Shown: positions 1 to 14,264, counted from the stretch's first letter. The stretch: 64,000 nt of DNA from Octopus bimaculoides (GCF_001194135.2 NC_068982.1:52753328-52817327), one strand, 5' to 3'. Translations and numbers: made by a program. The notes: generated by a model from the letters alone, not told the origin.

Positions 1-1079
1 GAAATTTGACTGGCGACTGTTGGTGTTGCTATCTACGGTTGCTTTTACGGTAAGAAGCGGAGAGAAAGAGAATTTGTTAAGAAAAAGTAGGGAGGGAGAA
101 ATTTCCCTCTGTGGGAGGGAACCGCTTTTTTCACTTTATTATTATGCGATGTCTTTTTCTTATGAGTGAGAAAACATATGAAGGAATATTTTCATATAAT
201 TCTTTTTTTTTTCTCGTTTTGGATGTCCTAGTAGTTGCAGATAACGTTATTTCGCTCTTATCGGAGCTTATCAATGCATCGCAACTTGGGATCATGAAAG
301 TAGATGGTCTATGTTCATTTAAAACATTTAGGAATTATATATACGACACAAAATGAATATATGAATTCTTTTTTCTTGATATGATTCTTCTTTCTTGTTC
401 TTCGATTTTAAAGTTCAAATTTCAAATCCCTCAAATATTATGTAAAAACTGGTCACCAAGAAAAATCACACGTTTTCTTTATGTATTGATTTGTTATTTA
501 GTTTCATGTAAAGGTCTCTTTTTCCGTTTTCGAAATCATGTTTCATTTATTTATGAAATATGTGTATCGTCTACGATTTAGCATTCACTTGTTGCATTAA
601 TATTTCTTAACGTAAGAATGTTTTGAATTTTAAATTCACAATAACTTTGCTTTTTAGTGAGATAATATTTTTCTGTCTAATTTTGGATTTCACATCTAGC
701 TGGATATTTTCTCTTGAGATGTATCTCCTGCTAAATCGTTTACTGCTTTTCAGGATCTGTTTTAGGCTTTCTAGTTTTTCCGATGGTTGCTATATGCGCT
801 GCAGCTTGGCTTTAAATCGTAATAACTACTTCATTTATTTGCTCTCTAATTATATCTAATGTCCTCTTCGCATGTTTAAATAGGACTCTATATTTTATGT
901 TCATTGATATTTTTTCCAGTTTGCAACATATTTTTAATTTACATGTTCAAAATTTTGTTTAATTTCCCCTCAAATTTTCTAAATCACTGAATTTATAAAT
1001 TTTCATTTGTGCTAACGAGTCCTTCCTGTTGTTCAAACAGGTAAAATCATTAGAGCGTGGGGCAATATCCACAGCGATA

Positions 1080-1227
1080 TTTCACCGAGGTCAACTTAGT
1101 CTTGCTTACAATAAAATAACTACCAGTTAAGCAGTGGGTCAATGTCATCGATTAACCTGTTTTCTAAATTTGCTGGCCTTCTACCCAAATTAGAAAGAAT
1201 TATTATTATTATTATTATTATTATTAG
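1080..1227 (+). mobile_element. SINE family A 3' fragment with (ATT)n tail
   Basis: ccgaggtcaact...aataaaataactaccagtt...tgctggccttctacccaaattagaaagaat(tat)n. Confidence 0.55.
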
Positions 1228-4200
1228 TAGTAGTAGTAGTAGTAGTACTTGGTAGTGTTAAGTTTGTAGTTCTGTTCCATTTTTGTTCTAAAATTTATCC
1301 AGCAAATATTTTCAGAAGGACGAGGGGAACAAATTATGAAAGAAGTACTTCATTGTTGAAGATTTTCATAATGTTTTCTGGCGTTGGAGCTAATTAGTGG
1401 TGATGAATAAACCCTGTTTAAAAATTTCGCCGAACGCATGACAAAGACTCGAACAAGCAACACAAGTTATTTTACTAACGAAGCTGATAATGTTTTTGGT
1501 GGAGTTAAGGTAATAGAACACTCTAGCGATTCGTATATTTATTTAACTAATTTAACTGGTAGTTGTTTTGATATTGTACACTTTTTCTTATAGCAATTAT
1601 ATGTAGCACCGTTGTTATGATGAACATGGCAAAATTTAATTTTCATTTCAGATTTATTCAAAAGCTTATTTTCTGATGAGCGTCCAAATTGAGATTGAGT
1701 AAAGGTAAAATAAAACCAATATGATGACTATAGGACTTAGTGAAACATGAGATTATAATTTTGGGGAAAGTGATATTGAAACAACTCTAACACTTTAGTT
1801 AATGATTTGATCTAAATATATTTAGTGTCATCTATTCTTTAATTATGTACTGATCGTGTCAACATAAATCCTTTGACGTTAAGTTTTTTTTTGGAGACTA
1901 TTAAAAATCCTTAGAAACAAAAAGAAATTAAGTTGAAATATCAAAGTGTATATCATGTTATATGCAGGAATTATAAAGACTACGCCCTTGCACCATCAGT
2001 TACTCCAAATAGTCAAAATTTAAAGATGAAAAAGACAGAATGCATTAAACGAAAATAACATATGTGAGTGGAATGAATAGTATCATTGAAAACGGTGACA
2101 GAGCACTGAATTCTAATTGATCGTGAAACAAGTTGTTTTGTCGATCTGTTTCATAAATCTGGAGCAATTTTTCTCGAGATAATCTTATCCATTACTAAAT
2201 GACAATGCAAAGATAGTTTTTTTTTTTACTTCTATCGTATTATATGAGTCAAAACAAATAATTTTTCACTTTCTTGGATTTCGGTATTTTTATAAGTGTA
2301 CATTCTAATTTACGATAAAAGTTTGATAGATTGAATTGTCTAATGTTTTGGAGAAGTCGGAAGACATTTAGTCTAATTGTACTTTTTTGATCCTTGACTT
2401 TATTCTTTTGGTAAAGCACTACAGGTTTCGTCAGCTTTAAAATATGAAGAATTTCTGAACGATATATTTTTATTCTGTTGTAAACAATTTTCTCGCATAC
2501 ACTTTTGACAGTTATTTTAAAGTCCTAAAGTTACTATTGTGTATTGAAGAAAGACATTAAGGAATGTTGGAGTTTATTACACTTTTGAAATTTCTTATCT
2601 GATAAAAGATTTATATGTTGTGCTTGGGTATGTAAGAGTTTGTTTGAAGATTACAACTGATGTTCTTTCTCGTTGTCTAATTTGACCTTGTTTTCAGAGA
2701 GTATTTGCAATATTTTCACGTTACTGGATATCAATATTCGTTCGGTATGCAATAACTTGATAACTCGAAATTGTTAAGAGTAGCAAAAACAAAATGTTTG
2801 AACTTTTCAGTTAAATCCATTCAGAAACAAACAACTTCTCACCTATCATCCATTTCTTCATGACGAAAATTTCGTTCTTTTAAGGTGTTTCTCAGTGCCG
2901 ATATATCCCCAAAGCAGGAATTCAATATCGCAGTACTAATGTTGAGATATGATGTCTTTATAATTTCCTATTTTTTAATATTCTCTTGAGTTTCGTTCTT
3001 GTCTGTTATAATTTGATAATTTTCCCCTTTAGTAGTGGTATTAAGTACTAATGATTATAATGTTATCAGAATGTTAACTAATTCAGCTGTAGAATTGGCA
3101 AGCTTTGAATTTGTACATTGGTTTTTATATTTGTAGATAATATGCGTTTCGTTGTGTCATCATTTGTGTCAGCTAATAGCATTAATATATCGGTTGTTGC
3201 ATTTGATTCTATGGTCGTGCATCCTGATATTAATATTTTTGTTGATATTGTGTTACATGTATTACCAATTTTGTTAGTACTAACATGATTAGCAAGGCAA
3301 ATGACATTTCATCTCGGTCATTGACTTTGCTGTTCGTACGCGGAACTAGCGCTAAAAGCAGGGTAAACGCCAGAACAGAGAAGAAAAACAGAAAATAATT
3401 CTGGTGTTGATGGCTTTTGCTGATTTCTTCAGATAAAATACTTCGTTAAAAATTATAGAAGTAGATAGATTTATTGTTGCTATTTTTGCTATCACTGTTG
3501 GTTTACAGCTCTATAATTTAAGGAGCATCAGTATATTTTGAGATTACTATATTGCTCCCGTGTTTTGATGTGTGTCTGCCCGAAGGCTCATTTATCTTAC
3601 CCACTATCTTTACTCTGTACATAAATAGCATATTTCCAGCCATTTCTAACCACAAGTAGTCCGATTTAGATATTACATTATACGGCATTTCTATAACTGC
3701 TCTCAGATCTTATCCACGCACAACTTCAAATATCAACACTTTTCCATAGATATTGAAAAATCCTCTTCAATGTCAACATGACAACGTTCTCTTATTCAAA
3801 CGTTATGAATCACAAGAAAGCATACTTAAACCACCCAACCTACTTGTAAATAATATGTAGCTAAATCGATTCCATACCTACTCTGATTATATCTTTAGAT
3901 AACTACACATATCACCTGGCGATCTGAGCTTTCAAAAGGTATGTTAACCCTAAACCACTGCGGAACGAACCTATACAAGACGCAAATTCACCCTAGGCTG
4001 ACTCAGATAGCTCAAAGTTATGAGGGCAATGATACTTACACTTCGAATTCTAGACTATGTCAAAACAAAAATGATAATGAACATTAGCTCAGAATACTAC
4101 AATTTCCAGCTCAACACCAAGCTGTTTTCGCTTTGTTCTTTATCGTTACAAGACTGATGTCAGCTCCTGAACTAGTAAATAATTACGTTACATCTACTTA

Positions 4201-6438
4201 AACTCACTCGGATCAATAATTTGTCTTTGGCTATTGTGTCTAACTTCCCAAAATTCTAACATTATTTTACTACACCTACCTAACTGAAAATCTTCCTATC
4301 TAAGAATCTGCCTCAATTTTTCTCCCTACCTATGAAAATTAGCGTAAATATTGATTATACTCAACTATTGAAAACTTCAGCCTGAGAGGGCCGGGTGAGG
4401 CCAAGAGGTACAACCATTACTCTGCATAGTAAATTCACAAGCTTCAGGCAAATATATAAAATCTTTTCGAAGATTGTAGTAACTCTCATTGTTATCACAG
4501 CCAATCTCTCTCAACTTTCAGTGATCGTTTATTTCATTTCTTGGTAGTCTATCATTTTGAGGAAATATAACGCAAGAGATGACTTGAATATGTTGATAAG
4601 CAATACAGAAAATTCTTTAAGCTTTAGGCTGATAACGCTTTTGGGAATTTCTGCGAACGACTATTGTTTTGAATGTCACACGAATGAGATTCACCATGTA
4701 TTTTAATGGTGTTTATTCTTGCCGGTTTTTTACGAGCTTCGTGCACAAAAACCAGTGGGATTGTTATTGTCTCTTTCCCTGTATACTATATACGCGCTAT
4801 TTCTATTTCAAGGTATTTATATTTAAATTATTGTGCTGTGCCAATTCAATGATTCATTGTTATCTGAATGGACAGCCATATCTCTAACAGTGATTATCTT
4901 AAAATATCACATTGGACATATTTTACAATATTTTTTTCGGCTTTTACTGATATTAATAGTGATAAAGTTGCAGCAGGAGGAGTCATAGTTACAGCAGCTG
5001 CAGTAGCAGTGATAGGGTCGGTGCTGTTGTTATTGGTGGTGGTAGTGGTAGTGGTAGTGGTTATATATAAAAAGTGTCGAAGATGATGAATGCTATTGCT
5101 TATTACTGTGTATTTAAAGAGCCATCTCTACCTAGCTTATTACTAACACTGCTAATGCATTATGTCTTATCACTCTGTCCGTAGCATATTTAACTTTCTC
5201 ATGTTTGCTAATTTCATACCTCTTAATAACTGTTTACTGACTTTATTTACTCTCTTCGTAGATGTACTGCTGCCTTCACCGTAATGTCGTGCCCTTGGGA
5301 GCATTTGTTTTGTTGCAATTGTTGTTGATGATGATGTTGATGTTGGTTGTAACAATGATGCTATTGTGATTGTGTTTATGTTGGTGGCAGTGATGACGGT
5401 GATAGTAATGGTGATGGTGGTGGTGGTGGTGGTAGTGGTCGGAATAAGAGTGTTTTTATTTGTTTATTGTATGGTTATCATGCGGTCTTTAAGTTATGAC
5501 ATTTTCGCGCTTGATAACGTCTAAACTAATTCGATTAAAACCTCTACATTTTTCATGTTGTATCCTAACTTCCCCACCAACTCTGTGTACTGAAAGTATC
5601 TTTTTAAACATTATTACTATGGGCCTTTCTAACCAATTGTATTATAATTAGTAATGAAGTGATTAAAAAGATAATTCTGAATCGAAGTTGTGTGAGAACA
5701 TTATCGATCCAGGTTTCAGGTGATCCAATAGTTTTCTATACATATACAAACTGGTATTAGTTCTTCTAAAATATCACCTTCAATTTGACATTCATTTTTG
5801 AAGTTGACATTTATATAAATTCAGTGTGATATTTCCTATAAGTTGTTGACGTCATAACACTCGCAGCCAACTTTTCTTAAATACAGAGATTGAAGCACAT
5901 CTTCAACCGTTGTGTAGCATTAAAGTTTTCATGTGGAAAGGTTTTATTTAAGATTATCAGCTCAGTTTCAACATAGACGTTATCGATAACTGGAATTCTG
6001 GCGCTCTAATTGCCCTTACTTGGCACTAAACTTTGCACCAAATTTTATATATAAGTGTTTCCTTTAAAAGAAACTTTATATGGAGCATTCTGTGAAATCA
6101 TTTAGAATTTCCATATTGCATAAATGTAGTAAATTGTGCTTTACATTTTAATAGACACAATTGTCCTATACTTTATAGGAGGTGGGAAAACCAAGCGTGG
6201 TATTCATTCTTATCTCAGAGAAAATAAAATACGATATGAATCGTAGTAAACATTTAGCTCAACGTTAGGGATGAAATTGAAATATGCATAAGTTTGCTTT
6301 AATAAATTCTCCATATTGTGGTTGTAGTGGAGTTAGCTCAAATAGTTTAGAGATTCATGCTACCTCAGTGTCAGCATAATGTAAATATTTACATTATAAT
6401 ATTAATGTTAGACTATTGCTACAATAAGTGGTTTAAAG

Positions 6439-6654
6439 GTGGTAAGCTGGCAGAATCGTTAGCACGCCAGGCAGATTGCTTAGCAGTACTTCGTTCGTCT
6501 TTACGTTCTGAGCTGAAATGCTGCCGAAGTCAACTTTGCCTTTCATCCTTTCGGAGTCGACAAAATAAGTACCAGTTGAACACTGGGGTCGATGTAATCA
6601 ATTTACTCCTTCCTCCGAAATTGCTGACCTTGTGCCAAAATTTGAAACCAATAT
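6439..6654 (+). mobile_element. tRNA-headed SINE family A, near full length
   Basis: A-box-like TGGCAGAATCGTTAG, degenerate B box, body gcctttcatcctttcgg..gtcga.aaaataagtaccag; recurs many times in the window. Confidence 0.8.
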
Positions 6655-8586
6655 GAGTGGCTTAATCCATTCCGTTTAATTTTGTAATGAGAATAGGCTA
6701 TAGTTGATTGAATTGACTCTGTTGTACGACCTTCAGTAAATTAATTGTTATATGAACAATAAATGTACTTATTTGAACTCAAAATACAGAATGATCCGAA
6801 CTAAGCATTGTATGACATTTAGCCTGATGATATTCTTTCTTTATTTCCCTCCTTTCTTAATTACTGCCACAAGTATTGCTACTTTTATTAGTTATGATAG
6901 TCTTTCCTTCAAATCCATTCTTTGAACCTAGTTTGTCACTTGCATCTTTTTTATACATAATCACGGCTGACTCTTCTTTTGATGATATCCTTGACATGCG
7001 TCTGTCAGTATCCTCGCCCTTAGAAGGTCTTCTTTAATCTGTCAGTAAATAGATTGCTTTGGATATTGTAGGAATTCTTTGCCTGTTAAGAAAAGTTGTA
7101 ATCTTTTACAGCTAGATGGTTATAATACCAACTATGGAAAGAAATGTATTCGAGTCCTTTAATTATTTTCTTGATTGTAATTTTTGTTGCTGTCTTTTAA
7201 ATATAAACGACTGCGAATCTTTTATTAATATCACAACATACATACATACGTATANNNNNNNNNNTGAATCTGCGTAACATAATGCAATAAAATGTCTTGA
7301 GGATCAGTTAGGGTTCAACATCTACTATAGAGGTTGCGAATAACTACACTGGTGAAACGTGCGTAGTGAACAAATGATATAGACTCGTGTTTATTGTAAC
7401 TTCTCATTTACATACATACGAAATATATAAATACACACACACACACACACACACATTGACGTAAACATGTTTGTATGCGTGCATGTGTGCATGCATATAT
7501 TTATAACTAAAAACAAAGTTAAAACATCGTCAAGCTATTAGTCATTTTTTTTACAAAATAGATCTCTCTCACTGTTTGCGATCATGGTTTGCTAGTATGT
7601 TGGTTATGGAGATATCATTTCCTTACCAGTATCATAACCATTGGCGGGATACACTCTCTTGACTCTGCATCCGGAAACTAAAGATATTATCAACTCGGAT
7701 ATCATGATACATCAGTTTATTAATCTGCAATGTTACTCTGTCATTCCTTTCATTAATTTGCAATTCTAAACGGAGGGATTAACGATATGTCAAAAGTTTA
7801 ATAACTACTGCTGGGGTGAATTAAAATATTAATAGTATTTTACAAGACAGAATTCATGCTTCATAATGGAGAGTATTGAACTGACTACTGTGGAAGTTAT
7901 TCATCGAAATGCAACGTCGATACTAACGTAGTTTGAAGCTAAAAATATGAAATATTTTACCATATGCCCGACAAAACCTTGTGCGACAAATTCAGTCGAA
8001 GTGATTGTAATATTAGCAGTATCTAAGCTGGATGTTTTGAAAACCTAAACTAATAAATATATCAATAATTTTACATTTTTGCAAGGAAATCTAATCAAAT
8101 GTCAAAATTAGTTTATTCATGGAATAATTTTATTTCTTTGCCGTCTTCTACTACACCTCGGACTTTACTTGGACAGAGTCCTAGTAGCACCCGAGTTTCT
8201 TTCAGTGTGAAGAGGTTGCCAGACTTTTGCTCATCCTTTCACCATTTCTGTAGAAAGAGAGAGATCGGTCTTTCACGGCCCTTCCTATAGCGCGACGTAG
8301 TCCATCGAAAGAGAGCGAGAAGGTAACAAATAGAAGTATGGATCCCAGTATTTGACTGATACTTTGTTTATCGACCCTCGAAATAAATAAAAAGGAAAAT
8401 CAACCGAGGTAATATCTGAAATCATCGCCTGAGTCTGAACTCAGGAAAAATTCCCCAAGGAATTCTATTTGATGCTCTGAAGACTCTATTATTTATGGAT
8501 CAGCAAATTGCCGAGGGGTGAGAGGAAGGGGCTGCTGAGGGGAAGGCCATACTGCTGCTAAAATCTATGACGTACATACATACAAG

Positions 8587-8601
8587 CACACACACACATG
8601 C

Positions 8602-8696
<95 letters not shown>
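8587..8696. repeat. (CA)n microsatellite
   Basis: Direct inspection; explains the four overlapping THTH/CVCV ORFs. Confidence 0.97.
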
Positions 8697-8697
<1 letters not shown>

Positions 8698-9193
8698 GGA
8701 CACAAACGTATGTGCACATGAGGATACACACCTTAGAAACACAGAATGGAGTAAGTGGAGCAAGAACACACACAAAAACAAAACGTGTCGCTGAAGAAGT
8801 CACAGATGTGTGACGAAAGATTTCCGGACAATGGACATGAGTTAAGATAATGAAATAAGAACAATAATAAACGAATGAAGAAAAAATATACAGTGCGTGT
8901 GTTTATTTGGCAAAAAAAAAATGACCGTTCTGAAATACAACAATATCGATTTCAACACACGATTTCACATCAGGAATCATGCAACGCATTGTTAACCGTA
9001 AAAATATTGTCATTTTACAGAAAAGGAAATTTTTATTTCATCTACATACTATTATTTTTTTACACTATTTTCCACTAATTTGTTTCATTACGTTAATATG
9101 TAATATACTTTAATATGTAATATTTTCACAAATATTTTATGTAGGTTAATAAAATACACATTAGTAAATTTGTGGAGGAAATTTGTTGATGTT

Positions 9194-9400
9194 GGTGGCT
9201 TAGTGGTTAGAAGTGTTGCATTCATGATGGTAAGATTGTGTTTTTGATTCCTGGGCCAGGTGATGGGTTGTGCTCTTGAGTGGTATTCCAGCCAAATCAG
9301 CTGGCAGAAATGTGTACACCTACAACGTACTGGCGTCCTTTGGAGGGGTGGATATGTAAGCCACAATCTAAGCAACCAGCTTTCTGATCCTATGACTTGG
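9194..9400 (+). mobile_element. Degraded third tRNA-headed SINE (family C); possible minus-strand relative at about 59410-59700
   Basis: A box TGGCTTAGTGG, B-box-like TTTGATTCC at tRNA-like spacing, no complete cloverleaf. Confidence 0.45.
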
Positions 9401-9904
9401 GAAGAACCTTTGAAAATTAATCTACTATATTCTGCATATATATAAATTCGATACCTGTTTCTTTATAATCAGGTACTGTTTGCGTTCATTTATATCTTTC
9501 CCTTTTATGTACTCGCTATTACGAAATTTCTAAAGACAATACCTCAATTATTTTCTCTGGTTTTGAGTTAGATTTTATTATCTTATTCAAAGGAATATAA
9601 CCTATGGTGTCCGGGTGCGCGAGTTGTCAATTCTATAGCATAGCGGACAACCAATCAGAAAGTTAGTGTTTTGCTTCTTGTATTGCATAAGTCGAAGAAC
9701 TTACATAGCAAACAACAGAATTCGCCTAGTTCTTATCCAGTGTAGCAGTGTGATACATTTAGTTGCAATAAACATACGCAGTAATGTAAAATCGACACAT
9801 ATTTCGGTGGCTCACTGTGCTGATTTCAATCCCTCCCTTACTCAAGAAACGTCACGCGTGACAGAACAGTCTTATCTAGTGAATATATATATATATATAT
9901 ATAT

Positions 9905-10270
9905 ATTCCACAGGGAACTGTTCTGGGGCCACTACTGTNNNNNNNNNNNNNNNNNNNNNNNNNNNNNNNNNNNNNNNNNNNNNNNNNNNNNNNNNNNNNN
10001 NNNACATGCAAGACATGGATGCGGAGGTCTTCAAGACAAAACTTGACGCTTTCCTCTCCACGATACTAGACGAACCAATGGCTCGTAATGAGACGCAGCT
10101 TAGGGCAGCTGTGTCAAATTCTCTTATACACCAGATGTGCCATCAAAACTCTTGATTGGACCATGTCAGGTGGGGGAGAAGAGCCATGCAAGGAACGTCA
10201 AAATCACGGTGGTGCACCAGCATGACCGCAGCCACTTGGCTAAAACACATAAATAAATAAATAAATAAAT
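9905..10270 (+). mobile_element. 5'-truncated CR1-group LINE (copy 1), interrupted by an N gap
   Basis: 9905-9937 encodes IPQGTVLGPLL (RT PQG motif). After the gap, 10006-10155 encodes MQDMDAEVFKTKLDAFLSTILDEPMARNETQLRAAVSNSLIHQMCHQNS* (FKxxLDxxL C-terminus of CR1/L2-type ORF2), then a 3' UTR with hairpin and (TAAA)n tail. Confidence 0.8.
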
Positions 10271-11289
10271 ATATATATATGTATGTATGTATGTATATGT
10301 ATGTATGTATGTATATGTGTCACTCGCTTTAAGTTATAGATATCGGGAGCAAGCAATGATCTTTAAAATTCATGAGATTCGGAAGATGAAGTAAGCTTTT
10401 AAATTAATGCTCATGAATGGTCCGATAATTTCGACTTATTTTTACGTTAGTTTTTACATCTGCAATTTCTACTCTTTTTCCATATCGATTTATCCTTTAA
10501 TTCTTATAAATAACTATAAATACTTCATGTAATGTTTTTTTCTTTTTAAATAGGCATTTTATTAGCAAGCTATATTTTAGCATACTGAATGCCTTTAAGA
10601 TGTTTAGTGCGTTGGGTTTCTAGCTTTTCCTTGCATTTTAGTTTGGTCCGGTGAAATGACTAATTGGTTTCTAGCATTACTACAAGAACACAAATGTTAG
10701 TAAAAGTACATTCCATGAAATTCAACCACATTATTTTGACTGTTTATGTTTTAATGGTCCCAGCGGTATCAAAGCCAAAGTCGACCACGGCAGGAATTGA
10801 AACCAGAATGCAACAGATGTATAGAAATATTGCAAGACATTTAACCTGTCATTAACCCATCACTCTCTACTTAAACATGAATAATAATTTATTTTAATGA
10901 GGCACAAATAAGATCAGTCCATTAAGTCTTTTGCAGTATATTAGATATACAGTAGTGTATTAGAGGATAAAGATACAATGGAATTCAGTAAATTTTCTAG
11001 AGAGTGAAATACCATAATTATTCTTGTCTGTTTTCCTACTAACATATCAACATTTGAGTTGAGAAGATTGATTTAACTTCTTTAAAATCTCTTGTCAACT
11101 CAAATATTAACATATTTGTTACTAATATTCGTTGATTTATTATTATTACATAAATAATTGTTGTTCTTGATGTTATGGTTCAATCCAGTTTAGCCCTGAT
11201 CGAGCAAAATTACTATAGATGCTCTGTTCTAATTACCATTGTTTTCCATTTTGGCCAATAAACAATTTTCGCTCTAGCCACCAGACTGA

Positions 11290-12575
11290 GAAGAAACTGA
11301 ATGCATGTTTGTAGAGTCGCCCATCGGTCCGCTTACATCTTGAATAAGACCAGTTGAGAGCTCTGATAACTTGCAGAGGTTATCCTGATTCAGTAATGCT
11401 CATAATAACACGACCAGATCAAGGATTTTTAGGTGTCATGATCCTTGGCCTGAAGTTCTCCAAAATGGAACTTTAGTCGATCCTTATCTCTTTCAGAGAT
11501 CTTTATCGTACTTGATCACCACCAAGCCTGTGTAGAAGTTCAAGGATTGATATTCCACTGTTCGTGTTGGTAGAGGCACTCTGAGTGCCTGATAACATTT
11601 TGTATGGAAGATGTATACTCTTGGTATACGTCTGAATCAAGGCTGCGACTTAAAGAGACTTATTTAAAGAGACGATTATGGTTAAACAGATGAGACAAAC
11701 AGATCAGTCAGGTTATATCAGACTATGCAAGTTACACCATACAGAGAGTATTATCAGCTGATTGACATTCAGATTATTGGAATGTACTTTTTACACAAGA
11801 AATAAAAGTTAAGATACTCCATTCTAGTTGGATGAAAAAGCAGGGCAAGAAGCGAATCACAGGTGGTAACCAATCACAGAGGCGGTGTATGCGGAAACCA
11901 CTTCTATTCGAATATTGAGAAGTAACTTCCTTTCAGTTAATTTCCTAGTTTTGTCTGAAAGTCTGACTGGCATCATTCCCAAATATCTTAAGATGATCAT
12001 CAGTTCAGTGACTCACAACGTTATTTGACGTTGACTTGTCTTTCTAGTTTGTATTCCGTCAATATGATACCGACCACTTCAATTTCCAATGTACCAGGTG
12101 CCACCATGAAGGTAGCATCGTTCACGTATGCCTACACGGTCTTTCCGTCTTCCCATTTTAAGTGGGATGCTGCTCTTTGCCTGAAGTTTCCGCTGTGATG
12201 GCTTAACAGACAAAATCTATAGGAGCTATGAGATATGATAATCTTGACCGACCAAGCGGACAATTCGAAATAATTCGCAACGTTAGTTATTTAGTTTGAC
12301 CGCCAGTCAGACACCCCGCTCTATTGAAGTAATATGAACTCTGAAAACGGGTCTGAAACCAGTTGCGCAAAAAACGCCTGCTAAGTAACGACAGTCGATC
12401 TTATCGAAGGTTTGAGAGTGATCTAAGTTGATCAGAACTTTAGTGAAACCGGACATATTACACATCGTCTCAAATACTTTGAAGATATCTTTAATCCTAG
12501 ACAACCGAACAGCCCAACTTTCTTTGTTTCCCAAAGCTCCTCCGTAGTAAAGATAGAAAATGACTGTAGACATTT
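11290..12575 (-). mobile_element. Decayed Tx1/L1-clade LINE, RT to C-terminal region
   Basis: VLINLDHSQTFDKIDCRYLAGVFCATGFRPVF resembles LDQxKAFDRVDH; degenerate YADD motif (AYVNDATFMV) near 12110-12140; many stops and frameshifts; lower boundary approximate. Confidence 0.7.
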
Positions 12576-13242
12576 GTCGTGATTCTCACCGAAATCTTAT
12601 CTCTCTCTCTCTCTGTACACACACACACGTGCACACACACACACACACAACATACATACACTCACACGCACACAAACATACTCACACTAACACACACACG
12701 CACATACACACGCGCACACACGCACACACACAAGCATACTGCTATATTTAGAGAGCGCTTGCAGACAGTTCATCTCCGATAAATTCATCGTCAGGTCAAT
12801 CCTTTGGCAGTATTTGAATCAGAATGCCACTAGATTATCAAATGCTACTTGAAAAGATATTAAACTGATGTACAGAAATTCAAAATGTCTGCTTTTCTTG
12901 GTATTGAGATGTTGGAAATAACGAATATTGAACTGTAGTCTCGAAAAGAAAAAAAAGCCAATGAAAGTATTAAAACAAAATATTTACTTTTACAAAATTT
13001 CTTATTTTTATTTATTTTTTCAGTTTCATTCGTTTATTTTACTGAACACATCAAAACAAAGAAAAATGATACATATAGCTTATAGATGTTTATATAAATA
13101 TTAGACTAAAAAATATAAAACCATTCATTAAAATATTTTAATATCTGTCAAGAATACACCTCCACAGAAATATCAACTAAAAACTAAATTGAATAAAAAA
13201 ATACTAAAATATTAAAATATCAGTTCTTAAGCAATTATTGTA

Positions 13243-13261
13243 ATTATTATTGTTGTTGTTG

Positions 13262-13345
<84 letters not shown>
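13243..13345. repeat. (TTG)n(TTA)n microsatellite; further TTA tracts at 14266-14303 and 14602-14661
   Basis: Direct inspection. Confidence 0.97.
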
Positions 13346-13349
<4 letters not shown>

Positions 13350-14264
13350 ATACAGTATGACTGAAAGCATGGGGAGGGGAGGTATTGAAATATCTTGTAA
13401 CACAACGCAGACATTTAAATGGATAGGGTTTTTCTAAGGATGTGGGCAGTACTTGTCTGCACAGTGTTTTGGATTTCTCTGAGACATAGTTCTCCTGGGA
13501 TCTTACATAAATGTTTCTGGCATCCCATTTTTATCATACCTAGGGCACCTACAATAGCAGGAACAGTTCTCGTTTTACGATACCACATCTTTTGTATTTC
13601 AATTTCCAGGTCCTTATTTTTACTTACTCTGTCAAATTCATTGACAAATATCTTTTTATCAGTGGAAACACTTCCATCTATTAGTGTACAAGTCTTTTGT
13701 TTCTCTATCAGGATAGTGAAATTTTTACCTTAAATGACTGGATCAGGATGATGGTCATATCAGTAAGTGTCAGTGCTGATTTTGTACTGTTTACATATTT
13801 CCCAATGTACATACTGTCCTGCCCTATCGTGTCGATTTTTATATTTGTTTGGTGTCAGTGTAGGACATCCCGAGACGACATAGTTTATTGTTTCATCAAA
13901 TGTGTCGCAGAATCTACATTTAGGGTCAGAACCGTTCTAAAGAACGTTAACCTGGTAGTTTTTTTGTGAGCAAGCTTTGGTTTTGTGCCGCCAATATGGA
14001 ACCTTCAGTCTCTGCTTTCAGTCCTGAACTTCTCAGCCACTGATGGGTTGTTGATTGATTTACATCCGCATTTTGACTTTGAAGTATATACTGTTTATGC
14101 AGAGGCCTCTGGCTCCATCTGCTCGTTCTTTTTTGCAGCCTGCTTGCTCCATTTTGCTTGTTTTGTAGCAGTGGTTTCAGGTTCTACAAATATTATTTCA
14201 GGATTAATGTCAAGTTGCCTTACGAATTTGCAAGCTTGCTTGACAATCGAAAGTGACCTTTTGC

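Noticed and set aside
2698-2744. Possible small exon (ttttcag...gtatgc); similar at 1651-1703
   Set aside because: Peptides show no Ras G1-G3 similarity or other recognisable family; such signals are common by chance in AT-rich DNA
2800-4300. Faint Penelope GIY-YIG or L1-like peptide echoes
   Set aside because: Too degenerate to assign by eye; needs an HMM search
7336-7372. GAAA-CG-UG-CG-UA resembling a hammerhead stem III and cleavage site
   Set aside because: No CUGANGA box upstream and stem II mispaired
8500-8813. Overlapping THTH/CVCV ORFs (also 12560, 17110, 23488, 38627, 45176, 62801 and others)
   Set aside because: Translations of dinucleotide microsatellites with no stop codons
9194-9260. 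tRNA gene candidates at SINE heads (also 6439, 16230, 37326, 63542)
   Set aside because: A/B boxes only; no complete cloverleaf, and each continues into a SINE body
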